Shown piece by piece: positions 50,501-64,000 of a stretch of DNA of 64,000 bases. The stretch spans positions 20,832,001 through 20,896,000 of the forward strand of contig CATNEN010000039.1 in assembly GCA_950097015.1 (NCBI GenBank), in the 5' to 3' direction. A program made the position numbers and the translations under genes. The notes beneath the pieces are model-generated. The model did not search any database and was not told where the DNA came from. It saw only the letters and a list, made by a program, of their open reading frames with translations. This DNA is from Macrostomum hystrix (lineage: Eukaryota; Animalia; Platyhelminthes). Within the stretch, counting starts at the first letter, position 1; each line of letters opens with the position of its first letter.

Positions 50501-53500
50501 TGTCTACTAGACTGTGTTGTCTGTGATCTACTGTCTACTAGACTGTGTTGTCTGTAATCTACTGCCTACTAGACTGTCTTGTCTGTAATCTACTGTCTAC
50601 TAGACTGTGTTGTCTGTAATCTACTGTCTACTAGACTGTGTTAGCTGTAATCTACTGTCTACTAGACTGTGATGTCTGTAATCTACTGTCTACTAGACTG
50701 TGATGTATGTAATCTACTGTCTACTAGACTGTGTTGTCTGTAATCTACTGTCTACTAGACTGTGTTGTCTGTAATCTACTGTCTACTAGACTGTGTTGTC
50801 TGTAATCTACTGTCTACTAGACTGTGTTGTCTTTAATCTACTGTCTACTAGACTGTGTTGTCTGTAATCTACTGTCTACTAGACTGTGTTGTCTGTAATC
50901 TACTGTCTACTAGACTGTGTTGTCTGTAATCTACTGTCTAGTAGACTGTGTTGTCTGTAATCTACTGTCTACTAGACTGTGTTGTCTGTAATCTACTGTC
51001 TACTAGACTGTGTTGTCTGTAATCTACTGTCTACTAGACTGTGTTGTCTGTAATCTACTGTCTAGTAGACTGTGTTGTCTGTAATCTACAGTCTAGTAGA
51101 CTGTGTTGTCTGTAATCTACTGTCTACTAGACTGTGTTGTCTGTAATCTACTGTCTAGTAGACTGTGTTGTCTGTAATCTACTGTCTACTAGACTGTGTT
51201 GTCTGTAATCTACTGTCTACTAGACTGTGTTGTCTGTAATCTACTGTCTAGTAGACTGTGTTGTCTGTAATCTACTGTCTACTAGACTGTGTTGTCTGTA
51301 ATCTACTGTCTACTAGACTGTGTTGTCTGTAATCTACTGTCTAGTAGACTGTGTTGTCTGTAATCTACTGTCTAGTAGACTGTGTTGTCTGTAATCTACT
51401 GTCTAGTAGACTGTGTTGTCTGTAATCTACTGTCTACTAGACTGTGTTGTCTGTAATCTACTGTCTACTAGACTGTGATGTCTGTAATCTACTGTCTACT
51501 AGACTGTGATGTATGTAATCTACTGTCTACTAGACTGTGTTGTCTGTAATCTACTGTCTACTAGACTGTGTTGTCTGTAATCTACTGTCTACTAGACTGT
51601 GTTGTCTGTAATCTACTGTCTACTAGACTGTGTTGTCTGTAATCTACTGTCTACTAGACTGTGCAAGCTGTAATCTTCTGTCTATCAGACTGTCTAACTC
51701 AACTCTTTTTAATCATCAGTTTTCCTTTGAAGTTTTCTCTTTCTTCGCTTTCCTTTAAAAGTCGGCATCACTCGCTCCTACCTGGGACATTGGCAGTAGT
51801 TTTCTAAGAAACTGGGGCCAGGCGCACTGCTACCGGGGCAAATGCGCCTCGCATTAATGCCAAAGAAGGTGTGAAATCCGTTTTTCTTACTAATCAATAC
51901 CTTGCGTCCAATAAAGTGTACATTTGTTCCTAAATACTCGAATGCATGAACTTTGAACTGACCCCAAGGGACAACCCGCCCATAACATCTGCATGGCTTG
52001 GTCGAGACATGAAAATCTACCAGGTAGGGAAGAAGACGAAAAGCTAAAATACGAAACTGCTACCAGCAGGCCCTTCTAAAAGCCAAAGCGAAAGTCTTTT
52101 CAACTGGGCGCTAATTGCACAGCAGCAGATTCCGCATGAAGTAAGATGCAGTAATTGGACCAATGGACATTGCAGACACTGCCGGCATTGTAGCTCATAT
52201 CTGCTGCGGTTTTGCGTGCCTATGCTGTTAATGATTTGTGCAGTTGCATGTGCTACAATCATATTTTACTGCAGTACTTGCAACAGCAATAAAACATACC
52301 ACACACTACAACCTGACATAACACAGACTAAAACCTGACATACCACAGACTACAATCTGACATACCACAGACTACAACCTGACATACCACAGACTACAAC
52401 CTGACATAACACAGACTACAACCTGACATAACACAGACTACAACCTGACATAACACAGACTACAACCTGACATACCACAGACTACAAACCTGACATACCA
52501 CAGACTACAACCTGACATACCACAGACTACAACCTGACATACCACAGACTACAACCTGACATACCACAGACTACAACCTGACATACCACAGACTACAACC
52601 TGACATACCACAGACTACAACCTGACATACCACAGACTACAACCTGACATACCACAGACTACAACCTGACATACCACAGACTACAACCTGACATACCACA
52701 GACTACAAACCTGACATACCACAGACTACAACCTGACATACCACAGACTACAACCTGACATAACACAGACTACAACCTGACATACCACACACTACAATCT
52801 GACATACCACACACTACAACCTGACATACCACAGACTACAATCTGACATACCACAGACTACAACCTGACATACCACAGACTACAACCTGACATACCACAG
52901 ACTACAACCTGACATAACACAGACTACAACCTGACATAACACAGACTACAACCTGACATACCACAGACTACAACCTGACATAACACAGACTACAACCTGA
53001 CATACCACAGACTACAACCTGACATACCACAGACTACAACCTGACATACCACACACTACAACCTGACATACCACAGACTACAACCTGACATACCACACAC
53101 TACAACCTGACATACCACACACTACAACCTGACATACCACAGACTACAACCTGACATACCACAGACTACAACCTGACATACCACAGACTACAACCTGACA
53201 TACCACACACTACAACCTGACATACCACAGACTACAACCTGACATACCACACACTACAACCTGACATACCACACACTACAACCTGACATACCACAGACTA
53301 CAACCTGACATACCACAGACTACAACCTGACATACCACAGACTACAACCTGACATACCACAGACTACAACCTGACATACCACAGACTACAACCTGACATA
53401 ACACAGACTACAACCTGACATAACACAGACTACAACCTGACATAACACAGACTACAACCTGACATACCACAGACTACAAACCTGACATACCACAGACTAC

Positions 53501-55214
53501 AACCTGACATACCACAGACTACAACCTGACATACCACAGACTACAACCTGACATACCACAGACTACAATCTGACATACCACAGACTACAACCTGACATAC
53601 CACAGACTACAACCTGACATACCACAGACTACAACCTGACATAACACAGACTACAACCTGACATAACACAGACTACAACCTGACATAACACAGACTACAA
53701 CCTGACATACCACAGACTACAAACCTGACATACCACAGACTACAACCTGACATACCACAGACTACAACCTGACATACCACAGACTACAACCTGACATACC
53801 ACACACTACAACCTGACATACCACAGACTACAATCTGACATACCACAGACTACAACCTGACATACCACACACTACAACCTGACATACCACAGACTACAAC
53901 CTGACATACCACACACTACAATCTGACATACCACACACTACAACCTGACATACCACAGACTACAATCTGACATACCACAGACTACAATCTGACATACCAC
54001 AGACTACAACCTGACATACCACAGACTACAACCTGACATACCACAGACTACAATCTGACATACCACAGACTACAATCTGACATACCACACACTACAATCT
54101 GACATACCACAGACTACAACCTGACATACCACAGACTACAACCTGACATACCACAGACTACAAACCTGACATACCACAGACTACAACCTGACATACCACA
54201 GACTACAACCTGACATACCACAGACTACAACCTGACATACCACAGACTACAACCTGACATACCACAGACTACAACCTGACATACCACAGACTACAAACCT
54301 GACATACCACAGACTACAACCTGACATACCACAGACTACAACCTGACATACCACACACTACAACCTGACATACCACACACTACAACCTGACATACCACAG
54401 ACTACAATCTGACATACCACAGACTACAACCTGACATACCACACACTACAACCTGACATACCACAGACTACAACCTGACATACCACACACTACAATCTGA
54501 CATACCACACACTACAACCTGACATACCACAGACTACAATCTGACATACCACAGACTACAATCTGACATACCACAGACTACAACCTGACATACCACAGAC
54601 TACAACCTGACATACCACAGACTACAATCTGACATACCACAGACTACAATCTGACATACCACACACTACAATCTGACATACCACAGACTACAACCTGACA
54701 TACCACAGACTACAACCTGACATACCACAGACTACAATCTGACATACCACAGACTACAATCTGACATACCACACACTACAATCTGACATACCACACACTA
54801 CAACCTGACATACCACAGACTACAATCTGACATACCACAGACTACAATCTGACATACCACAGACTACAACCTTTTGGTCATTGGTGAACAAGCACTACTT
54901 AGACAACTTTAAACAGTAAAACTGCATGTACAGTTGTGTCAAAATCCGCAGCTCAGGTGATCAGCGCACACACTCTTACAGGTACATAGTCGAGTGAATT
55001 CACCGTGATACTTGATCTTCCAGAGGCCCTGACAGCCGACTAAACTGACTCCGTCCTCGGTTCGCAACGACAACTCGGCCCAGTGGTTGGTAAAAGCGGC
55101 TACAACCATCAGCAGGCCGCTGCCCAGGCTAGCCGCAATCGCCGACACCAGCACTCGAGTTTCCAGCTGCCATAGGCGCCATCTCTCCATGAACCGGTTG
55201 ATGATGGCGGACAT
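47599..55214 (-). CDS. Claudin/PMP22/CACNG-superfamily four-TM protein; exons 55214-54980, (52016 or 52043)-51963?, 50399-50319, 50224-50087, 47960-47599
   Basis: TM1 followed by TNHW..GLWK signature; TM2 then YSLRNPRFTFKRTAAALFGLT|MACQVVCIDV; SHGYSLGF before TM4; C-terminus ANEEVLIGRV. All junctions are phase 1. The middle exons are less certain. Confidence 0.85.
48045..49112. repeat. Minisatellite, 22-bp unit GGTGTTAGACAAGGTGTCTGGA
   Basis: Visible tandem units, intronic. Confidence 0.95.
49494..49806 (-). mobile_element. CORE-SINE family B copy
   Basis: Reverse complement of 7241-7556. Confidence 0.92.
50458..51675. repeat. Minisatellite, 31-bp unit CTGTAATCTACTGTCTACTAGACTGTGTTGT
   Basis: About 39 tandem units, intronic. 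Confidence 0.97.
52295..54871. repeat. Minisatellite, 22-bp unit ACCTGACATACCACAGACTACA
   Basis: About 2.6 kb of tandem units, intronic. Confidence 0.97.
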
Positions 55215-55399
55215 GGCTCTCTGAATAACGGGGGTTCAAACAATCTATATTACGATTCTTCTTGTGGGCTTCAAATTCCCTAGCAAAAGTCTCTAGAATG
55301 AATCAAATCTGTCTTATACGAGTATACACACGGCTTCACAGAAGCAACACAGACGAATTCGGACAGCCAATCACAGCTCAGTGACTTCAAGCTGCTATC

Positions 55400-55640
55400 G
55401 GTCCAGATGCGCAGCCAACAGCACAACAATCTGAAGGCTGCGTACAACTAACTGTTCAGTCCATGGACTGAGATGATGCTGCAGATGATGCTGCAGGTAC
55501 CTACCCATTGTACTGGATCAAACTGAAGCAATGCAGGGTAAAGTCATTTTTGCTAAATGATACTTTAGTATTGTTCCATTTCGAGTCAAGAATCGAACCA
55601 TCGACCTCCAAATCGTTAGTGCTTTAAAAATAGGCTACTG
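55400..55640 (-). mobile_element. Degenerate CORE-SINE family B copy
   Basis: Retains CTGAAGGCTGCGTAC, CTGTTCAGTCCATGGACTG, AACTGAAGCAATGCAG and GAATCGAACC. Confidence 0.75.
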
Positions 55641-55662
55641 TCTATCCTAAGCCCCCCTTCCA

Positions 55663-56035
55663 TAGGGATGTCGGTGGCATAGCGGTTAAAGCCTTTGGCG
55701 CTAAAGCGCCAATGTCCTTATGCTCGATTTCGCGGCGAGGCCACATTCATTTGGGGCGCATCCGCGTAGAGAAGGCTTGGAGGCTTGTCGTGCAATTTAC
55801 GCCCTCGAGGGTCAACTTCCTCCAAGGCACAGTGAGAATGTACACTGCCTGACGATGAGAAAGTCAGGGCAGATGTACACACCTGTGTGAGCGTATGCCT
55901 GCGTACAGTATCTTTGTGCGTGTGCTCAGGAGTCAAATAAAAGGGCAGAATTGCCTCCTCGCTGGCTGCGGGTCTAGTGTCACCAAATGATGCGCTATCG
56001 CTCACAATGCCACTCCCTCCTGCAATTATTATAAT
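55663..56035 (+). mobile_element. SINE family A copy
   Basis: Matches 6797-7180. Confidence 0.9.
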
Positions 56036-57451
56036 TTATTTTCTTTTTTTTATTATCCTAGGCCCTTATATTTTCTAAAATCAAGTAATCTATAATTTAT
56101 CATCTCTATAATTAATGTCCTATTTGGGATAATAGTTTGTTTACGCTCGAACAAGATCCACTCTCTGTAATCATCTGTGGCAGAACTTTAATATTCGCTT
56201 CTGCTGCTGCAGTAGTAAAGTGATAAAGTTCGGCCAAGCTTTGATCTGTATAAGTGGACCCGCGTCAGTCACCCACGTATACCGCATGCGTTACATTTTG
56301 TCGTATAGTATTCCATATTTTAGAAGGCGAAGTTCCACAATGGAGGGGAACAGCAGCTATATGTTGCTGTCCATGCAACAGGCGTGTAAGCAGCAGCATA
56401 TAGATATCGAGGTTAAAAAGCGACCCCATGCATCCGTGCCCCCAGATATTTAGTTGGAGATGTGCAGTGTCTCGCATAGATCGATGTATATCTGTACATA
56501 TAAGTATTATGCACACTTACAAGATGTGGCAGTGCATGCGCGCATGAACGTGAAGTTGAATCCATATGTGCAGATATAGATTGAAAAACCAAATTCGTGC
56601 ATGAATGACGCACCAAACATGCCTTTCGGAAGGAATCTAGGATAAAAAATGAAAAGATCAGGCTCGGGATCGGTACAATGACAGTCAGTCGCGGGCGTAG
56701 TATATAAACAAACAGAAACATTGACCTGTAAAAAGCGCCGGTGCAATAATACAGCTATAGTACATTTTAAGGAAGCAAATTGTAAGCAATACTATATACT
56801 GCAGCCATACGAAGCTTAGCGGCGAAGATGGCCGAAACTAACCAACTGACCTGATGGCAGCAGAGAGTCGCGTCGTCAAATCCGGGCAACATCAACAGGT
56901 CAATAAATGCATACCGCAGGATCGAGTGTATTCGTCTGAATTCTTCAAGAACCCAGGATTCTATAGGAATTCTTCAGGACCAGGGTGCAACTATACTACC
57001 TTATGGATTGGATTAGTTTTTGTAGACTATAATATGGGGTTCAAAATTTATACACGCTAATATGCAACAAATTGATGTTATTGTAGTAATAAAGAATGTA
57101 TAAAAATATGCCTAGCCAAATTGGGCCAGCTGTACAGCCCGTGGCAGCAGCGCTTTTACGGACGCATTCAAAGGCCACTGTTCAGCTGCATTCAACCCAT
57201 CCGACTAAGGGCTCGCAATGACCACTGCCGGGCTAAAGAAAGCGTGATGGGTCGATCCATATTCTAGACCAGTCTGCAGAGGTACCCCTCAAAACTTACT
57301 TGTTCAACTATACTCGGATACTTGGATACAGCGGAGTTTTACAGTGGAATTTAAAGTTCTAATATTGATTACATATCATAGATCACACGTCAAGAAAGAG
57401 AAATCATCGATCAATCGGAGGAACTGCACAGTACCTACGCTAATTATTATG

Positions 57452-57764
57452 AATAATAATAATAATATTTGATTACACCTGCCTCAATCGGGTCAGATGT
57501 GCAGCCAACAGCACAGCCGCGGCTATTGCGCAGCGCATCTGAAGGCTGCGTACGGCTGTTCAGTCCATGGACTGGGCCGGGACGCCACACCCACCTTCAA
57601 TTATCCCAGCTGATGCTGGTACCCATTTAACAGCTGGGTGAACTGAAGCAATGCAGAGTTAAGTGTCTTGCTAAAGGACACAGATTGTTCAAGTAGAGTC
57701 GGGAATCGAACCCCCGACCTTCGAGTGGTGAGTCCGACGCCCTTAACCACTAGGCTACAACCTC
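57452..57764 (-). mobile_element. CORE-SINE family B copy
   Basis: Reverse complement of 7241-7556. Confidence 0.92.
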
Positions 57765-59404
57765 TTCACCTTCGCTAGTATGAGCCACACAACAATGCAT
57801 ATAAAAGCAGACACAGACCATTAGGTGATTATCCTTGGTAATCATAAGGGCATCCTAAATAGTATTTATTGTATTCTATAATACTTCACAAATACTTCAC
57901 TTGAAACATAAAAATGACAATAATTTGAAAACAAAATCCGCGAGTAAGTAGCTAGTATTTGCTAAGGCATAAAAAGTTATATATTTGATCAGTATTGTGA
58001 TTAGACATTTTAATAATATTTTTATAACGGCAACTATTACACTGCAACCTCACGTTTAATAGTCGCAATATTTTTAAGTTTTGTTTATTACTACACAGAA
58101 ATGCTGAAAAGTAGCACTGATTCAAACAGCTTATTTTAGTTTTCTGGCCTTCACCGTTACAAGTAAGTATTGTTTCACGTAATTCAATGGACCTACTGGA
58201 TATGATTCAAGTTAGGCCCTATAAGTTTAAAGCATCATGGTGGGCCTAGCCTACTTAAAGGTTCTTAAGATTTTTACGACTGTTAGAATCTTCTGGCGAT
58301 AGCTACCCTAACCTAGACATCACGCAATGATTCAGTACAGTAGTTTAGCAAGCCTTAATACTTATATTAGAGTTAGGCCTAATAATAATCGGTAGGGCTT
58401 AGTATTAAATTATATTATTATTATTTTAAATTATATTATTAAAGCACACAGGCACGACTGAGTTGGTTTCTCCAATCCATATTCATGTCACTGACTCCTA
58501 CTCTCCTATGTCATGTTAGGCCTACTGACCCTAGTCAAATATTGTATCTTAGGCCTATCAGTTCATGCCTAGGACTATTAGTACTACTGGTATTTTTAGA
58601 CAATTTAGTAAGCCAGCTTAACTAGTTTAGTGTACTGCCAGAAAAATATATTGAATCCAATTTATTATTGCATGTTGCAACTTTTTGAACCTAATTTCAT
58701 CATATTCACTTTTCATAGCTATGGCATGCTGATTCGTAAAAAAGCCTAATTGCCTTTAGTCAGTCACTTTGCTATGTACCGTGTAGAAGTTACAACCCAA
58801 GGACAATTAAATAATAGACAATTTGGTAATGGATATTTTGGTAGGCCTAACACTTGGTACATTTTGGTAACATTCTTCAGTGCATCTAATTTCTAAAGAT
58901 TGTAAGCGTATTGGTCTTTGGCTTAGGCCTAGGCCTACAATATTAAGCCAAATGTAATTTCAAGTCAATGTAATGTCAGTAATGTCAATTTAAATGTAAG
59001 TAAATGTACATGTAACACAAGAGGCAGACTATGATTTGGGTATGTGAGGGGGTATTTCAAATTTGTAGTGGCACATTGGATGATTGATTGCTGGTTACCA
59101 AAATGTCTTCGCAGCATGTTACAGAGATGTACTGAGTGTTACCAAAATGAACCTGTTTTGTTACCAAAATAACCTGCCCCCTTTAGTTACCATACATGTG
59201 CAACATACATGCGAAACACCCGGCCGACCCGGCCAATCCGGCCGGGTGACAAGCGGCCGAGCAAGGTAAGTCGCAAAAATGGCCACCCGAGAAAAAAACG
59301 AGCGGAAAAAAAGAAAAGAAGGCAGGAAAAGGAGGAAAGCAGAGAAAGGAAAGAAGAAAGGAAGGAAAGCAAATGGGGAAAGAAGCAAAAACGTGACAAA
59401 ATCT

Positions 59405-60004
59405 GCAATCAGAGGGAAGTAAGTCGCATTCAGAGGGAAGTAAGTCGCATTCAGAGGGAAGTAAGTCGCAATCAGAGGGAAGTAAGTCGCATTCAGAGGG
59501 AAGTAAGTCGCAATCAGAGGGAAGTAAGTCGCATTCAGAGGGAAGTAAGTCGCAATCAGAGGGAAGTAAGTCGCATTCAGAGGGAAGTAAGTCGCATTCA
59601 GAGGGAAGTAAGTCGCAATCAGAGGGAAGTAAGTCGCATTCAGAGGGAAGTAAGTCGCAATCAGAGGGAAGTAAGTCGCATTCAGAGGGAAGTAAGTCGC
59701 AATCAGAGGGAAGTAAGTCGCATTCAGAGGGAAGTAAGTCGCAATCAGAGGGAAGTAAGTCGCAATCAGAGGGAAGTAAGTCGCATTCAGAGGGAAGTAA
59801 GTCGCAATCAGAGGGAAGTAAGTCGCAATCAGAGGGAAGTAAGTCGCAATCAGAGGGAAGTAAGTCGCAATCAGAGGGAAGTAAGTCGCAATCAGAGGGA
59901 AGTAAGTCGCATTCAGAGGGAAGTAAGTCGCAATCAGAGGGAAGTAAGTCGCAATCAGAGGGAAGTAAGTCGCATTCCAAGGTAAGTAAGTCGCATTCAG
60001 AGGG
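59405..60004. repeat. Minisatellite, 21-bp unit CAGAGGGAAGTAAGTCGCA(A/T)T
   Basis: About 28 units that differ almost only at one position. Confidence 0.97.
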
Positions 60005-61830
60005 GGCTAAGCTAAGCAGGGAAGCAGCTTGACGGCGACGCCACGCAGCTGACCTCGCCAATTTCATTCACGCCGACGATCGAGTCGCCAGAGTGCACTC
60101 TGCTGCCAGCGGAAGACTAATTAGATGACGAGGCATTTTACTATTGCAACACAGTCATAGTTACCCCTGCCGTTTACCCAGATAAAAAATTTGGGCATAG
60201 GTATGTCGCATTTTTTTTGAAAACGAAGTCGCACGGCCGGTGTAAATTTGGGAAGTTGCGCATGTATGATGTGCAACACCTGGCCAAACTGGCCGGGTGA
60301 AACGAGGACCAAGCAAGGTAAGTTGCAAAAAATTAAAAGGGGGACCAAGGGACAAAAAAGGAAGGCATGAAGAAAAGGAAAAAGGAGAGAGAAAAAGAGC
60401 AAATTAAAGCAAACTAAGTTGTAAATAAAGTCGCACTTCCAGCTAAGATTTGGGAGGCTGCGCATGTATGTTAGTTACTGAAATAAAAATAAAAAATCTG
60501 CCTATGGTTTCCACTGCCCAGTGCACTTTTAGGAGTTTTCTAAAAAACAGCGGCATGCAAGCTTGTGCAACAGCATGTGCATGCACATTTTTAATACTGA
60601 AGTATTGCTCAAAAACACTTATAGACAGCCTATAGAAGTGGGGACTAGCTAGCCCAAAGGACAGGCAAAATGGTTACATATAGCATTAAGTTCTAGGTGC
60701 TAAGTACTTGGCTAAAGTGCAAATTTTCAATCCTTCCCAATTCTAAAGCATGTGTTATCAACAGTTTCACGAAGTATAGGCCTAGGATTAACAATATAGG
60801 CTCCTTAGGTGGTATAGTGAGTAGTTACACTAGGCCAAGTATCTTTTAACAATATATAAAGTATACTTTTTGTGGTTTTTCATTTGAGGAAAGCCTTAGT
60901 CTTCAGTTCAGTTATATCTAGGTATTGTTAAAAAAGGAAAACAGTTAGGCCTAGTAATTTAATTAACTGTTTGCATAGCAGCAATTCTATATACTTGTCA
61001 AAAATATTATGTAAGAGCCAATATATGAGAATATCTAGGACTTTTGCATGAAGCGAATACTAGGCTTAGCCATAGTTAGATCTAACTTTTTAGCTCAGCG
61101 TAATCAATCATGTAACTCTGTTACACTAAATAACAACTTTTTGTGATGTAAAAGTATAATAGTTTATATTGTATAAACTTTTGTTAGCAATATTAAGTCT
61201 GCTTTCCTATCTCTACTAGCTGGTTAATGTTTAAAGTCAAAGTCAGTGTAGCCTTTGATCAAACAAAAGGGATATCTAGTGTATATTTTAGGGTAGCTAG
61301 CTATGCTGAGATCAAAAGTTGGCTAATAAAGTGTAACATGCAATTTTGATATACACATTATCCCATGGCAAAGTATAAATATAAGTCAGTGTTTATAACC
61401 TATACAAGATAAAATGTGCATTTCTTTTCTATATTCACTTGACTCACTTTCTATAATAATTTTTTTGTACACAAAGAGATGCATTCTAAAGTAATATACA
61501 TAAAATTATTAAATTATTAACTCAAAAAATAATTAAAATAATTAAATGTGTGTTAATGACATATTAGTTTTTTATTCATAATGGCTAAATATGTGTAAGT
61601 TACTACTATATGCTACTATATGATATATAAGTCTTTGTCCTTTTGATTTATGGTTGCGATCCTGTGACCAATTCATTTCAGTGACCAAAATCATTTGGGC
61701 CACACAAGAGGCAAATACAATCCATTAGATCAGGGTTGAATTGGATGAAATAGAGTTACCCAATAAAATACAGATCAGTTAAGTTAATTTAAATAAACCA
61801 CTATTAAAGACGGGGCATCCGGAAGTGACT

Positions 61831-63288
61831 ATGGAGAATTGCACTCCCAGCGTGATGAAACGCCTCAGCAAGGAGGTTGGCGACTTGGTTCAACAACCGC
61901 CAGAGGGTATTCGAGTTTACTTCGATGATGCCAAACTGACAGACATTCGCGCAGTGATTGATGGACCAATCGATACGCCCTACTATGGCGGGCATTTTCA
62001 TGTGCGCTTAGTGATGGGTCAGAGTTTTCCACAGGAGCCACCAAAGGGCTATTTTTTAACTCGCATTTTTCATCCGAATATTGCCACTCCGTCTGGCGAG
62101 ATCTGTGTTAACACTCTCAAACGTGATTGGACACCAGACACCAGTCTGAGACACCTGCTGCTAGTTGTCAAGTGCCTGCTAATTGTGCCCAATGCTGAGT
62201 CTGCACTTAATCAGGTATCAACTTATGGGGTTGTGGTCTTTGCTTTTTTGCTTAGATAAATCGCTTGAGTAGGCCTTGCGGTAGTCACATTCTAATTAAT
62301 TTTAGTATTTTTCCGATTTAGTTTAGTCATATGCCAACTTAGATTAGTCACAGTCCCCTTTAGATTAGTCAGATTCCACTTTAGATTAGTCAGATTCCAC
62401 TTTAGATTAGTCAGATTCCACTTTAGATTAGTCTCGTTCCATTTTAGGTTAGTCACATTCCATTTTAGGTTAGTCACATTCCATTTTAGGTTAGTCACAT
62501 TCCATTTTAGGTTAGTCATATTCCTACTTAAGGTTAGTCATATTCCTACTTAGGTTAGTCATATTCCTACTTAGGTTAGTCATATTCCTACTTAGGTTAG
62601 TCATATTCCTACTTAGGTTAGTCATATTCCTACTTAGGTTAGTCATATTCCTACTTAGGTTAGTCATATTCCTACTTAGGTAAGTCACATTCCCCTTCAG
62701 ATAAGTCACATTTCACTTTTGGTTAGTCACATTCCAACTTAGGTTAGTTAGATTCCATTTTAGGGTAGTCTATTTTTTAGATTTTTTAGATTTCATGTTA
62801 TACCAATTTGGTGTATTAAGTTAAGTTACTCAAAACTACATTATAAAATATTAAGTTTTTAAGTTTTCAAGTTTTGAAAATATGAAGTTATCCCATTTTT
62901 ACTCAATGTTTAGGAGGCTGGACGACTCCTACTCGAAGACTACGCTGAGTATTACTCCAGAGCCCGACTATTCACAGAGATTCACGCACTACAAAGTCCC
63001 ATTGCTCCTGTCATGGGTTTAGACATAGATTCTGGCGATAATTGCGTGTAAGTATTTTTCTTCTGAAATTAGTATTATCTTCTTTGATTTCTACATGAGA
63101 GTAGGCAAACTAGTACGTAGTCTTTAAATACATTTTAAAAGTTGTTAACTGATTATTGCAGACTTCACGATGCCAATGACAATGCCGCAGTTTCTGCAGA
63201 CTCGTCAGCCGCTGCCAAGCGACCGTCTGCGCAGCCTGCAGATGGACCGGCTGTTAAGAAGGCCAAAAAAGTTCTAAAACGGCTTTGA
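61831..63288 (+). CDS. UBE2S: Ubiquitin-conjugating enzyme E2 S; exons 61831-62214, 62914-63047, 63162-63288
   Basis: PPEGIRV..GPIDTPY..PPKGYFLTRIFHPNI..GEICVNTLKRDW..VKCLLIVPNAESALNQ|EAGRLLLEDYAEY..; diagnostic C-terminus KKAKKVLKRL*. Confidence 0.96.
62325..62770. repeat. Minisatellite, 21-bp unit TTAGGTTAGTCATATTCCTAC in UBE2S intron 1
   Basis: Visible tandem units. Confidence 0.93.
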
Positions 63289-64000
63289 TTAAAAAAGTTC
63301 AACTTCTTTGTTACATTTTTTTGAGTTAATAATTTTCTGGCACTGCAGAAATTCTGAAGTCACTAGTGTCCCAAGAACCTACTCGAAGATAGTATTATGA
63401 GTTTAGGTGATCGCGGAACGCGATTAATTATCATGTTTGTTGTTTCTTATTACAAGTTCTTGCTTTCAACTTGTAAAATATGAAAGTAAAAAACAGGAAA
63501 TGCCTAGATTTTTCATTCGGCCGGAATTTGAAATACGTATTGGTTATTTGTACTAAGTCAGGTCGCTTAACTGTAAATTTCGTGTGACAAATGAATAAAG
63601 TATATTCCATATAGTGTGACATTTTTAGCATCATTTAAATCACGTGACAGTTGACCTTAAATTACCAGGAAAGCAATAATTGCGACCAATTTACTCCCAA
63701 AAATCTTGCTTTTTATAAATTGCTTATAGCAATTTGTGCATAGCCTTTGTGTTTAACTTAAGTTATTTGAGAATGTGCTCATACAGAAATCTTAGCTAAT
63801 AATTAAATAAACAAGCAAACAGCCAGCTTACAAAATCTGTTTTTAGTCTCGCGGCTTATTGTACAACTTTTTTCTTTTTTTGCATTCTGTCCAGACTACT
63901 CGCTAGTAGTAGTTTGTTGCAAGTCAGTGGTAAAAACTTTCGGGGCAAGGTCTGTTTACTTAGCATAGAATCCAAATTGTCACTGCAATCTAGATCGATA

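Noticed and set aside
55840-55880. Hammerhead ribozyme in SINE A (CTGACGA..GAAA..GTC)
   Set aside because: Only 3 nt lie between CUGANGA and GAAA (no stem II) and there is no stem III; a simple hairpin fits better.
56220-57300. Short ORFs and a possible structured RNA near 57135-57235
   Set aside because: No recognisable motif or splice model; only one short complementary pair is visible.

Overview
Eukaryotic (animal) genomic DNA, not prokaryotic. It has spliced genes, an interstitial (TTAGGG)n tract, tRNA-derived SINEs, decayed LINEs, DNA-transposon derivatives and a heavy minisatellite load (about a quarter of the window by my rough tally). The style (GC-rich exons with poly-Q/A/G, AT-rich introns packed with 13-45 bp arrays) suggests a free-living flatworm such as Macrostomum, which is inference only. 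Genes rebuilt by hand from splice sites: a prominin-like membrane protein (runs off the left edge; absent from the ORF track), a secreted N-formylglutamate-amidohydrolase-like enzyme, AKAP14, a CFAP97/KIAA1430-domain protein, headcase, an orphan coiled-coil protein, VTA1, an uncharacterised protein, a calmodulin-like protein, a claudin-superfamily protein and UBE2S. Most long repetitive ORFs in the track are tandem-repeat artefacts. I found no convincing new multi-gene system. The best leads are a probable GC-AG intron whose donor lies at the end of a MITE, a ~745-nt AG-free minisatellite abutting a 3' splice site, a SINE nested in a SINE, a ciliary gene pair with RFX X-boxes, and a headcase missing part of its conserved N-domain.
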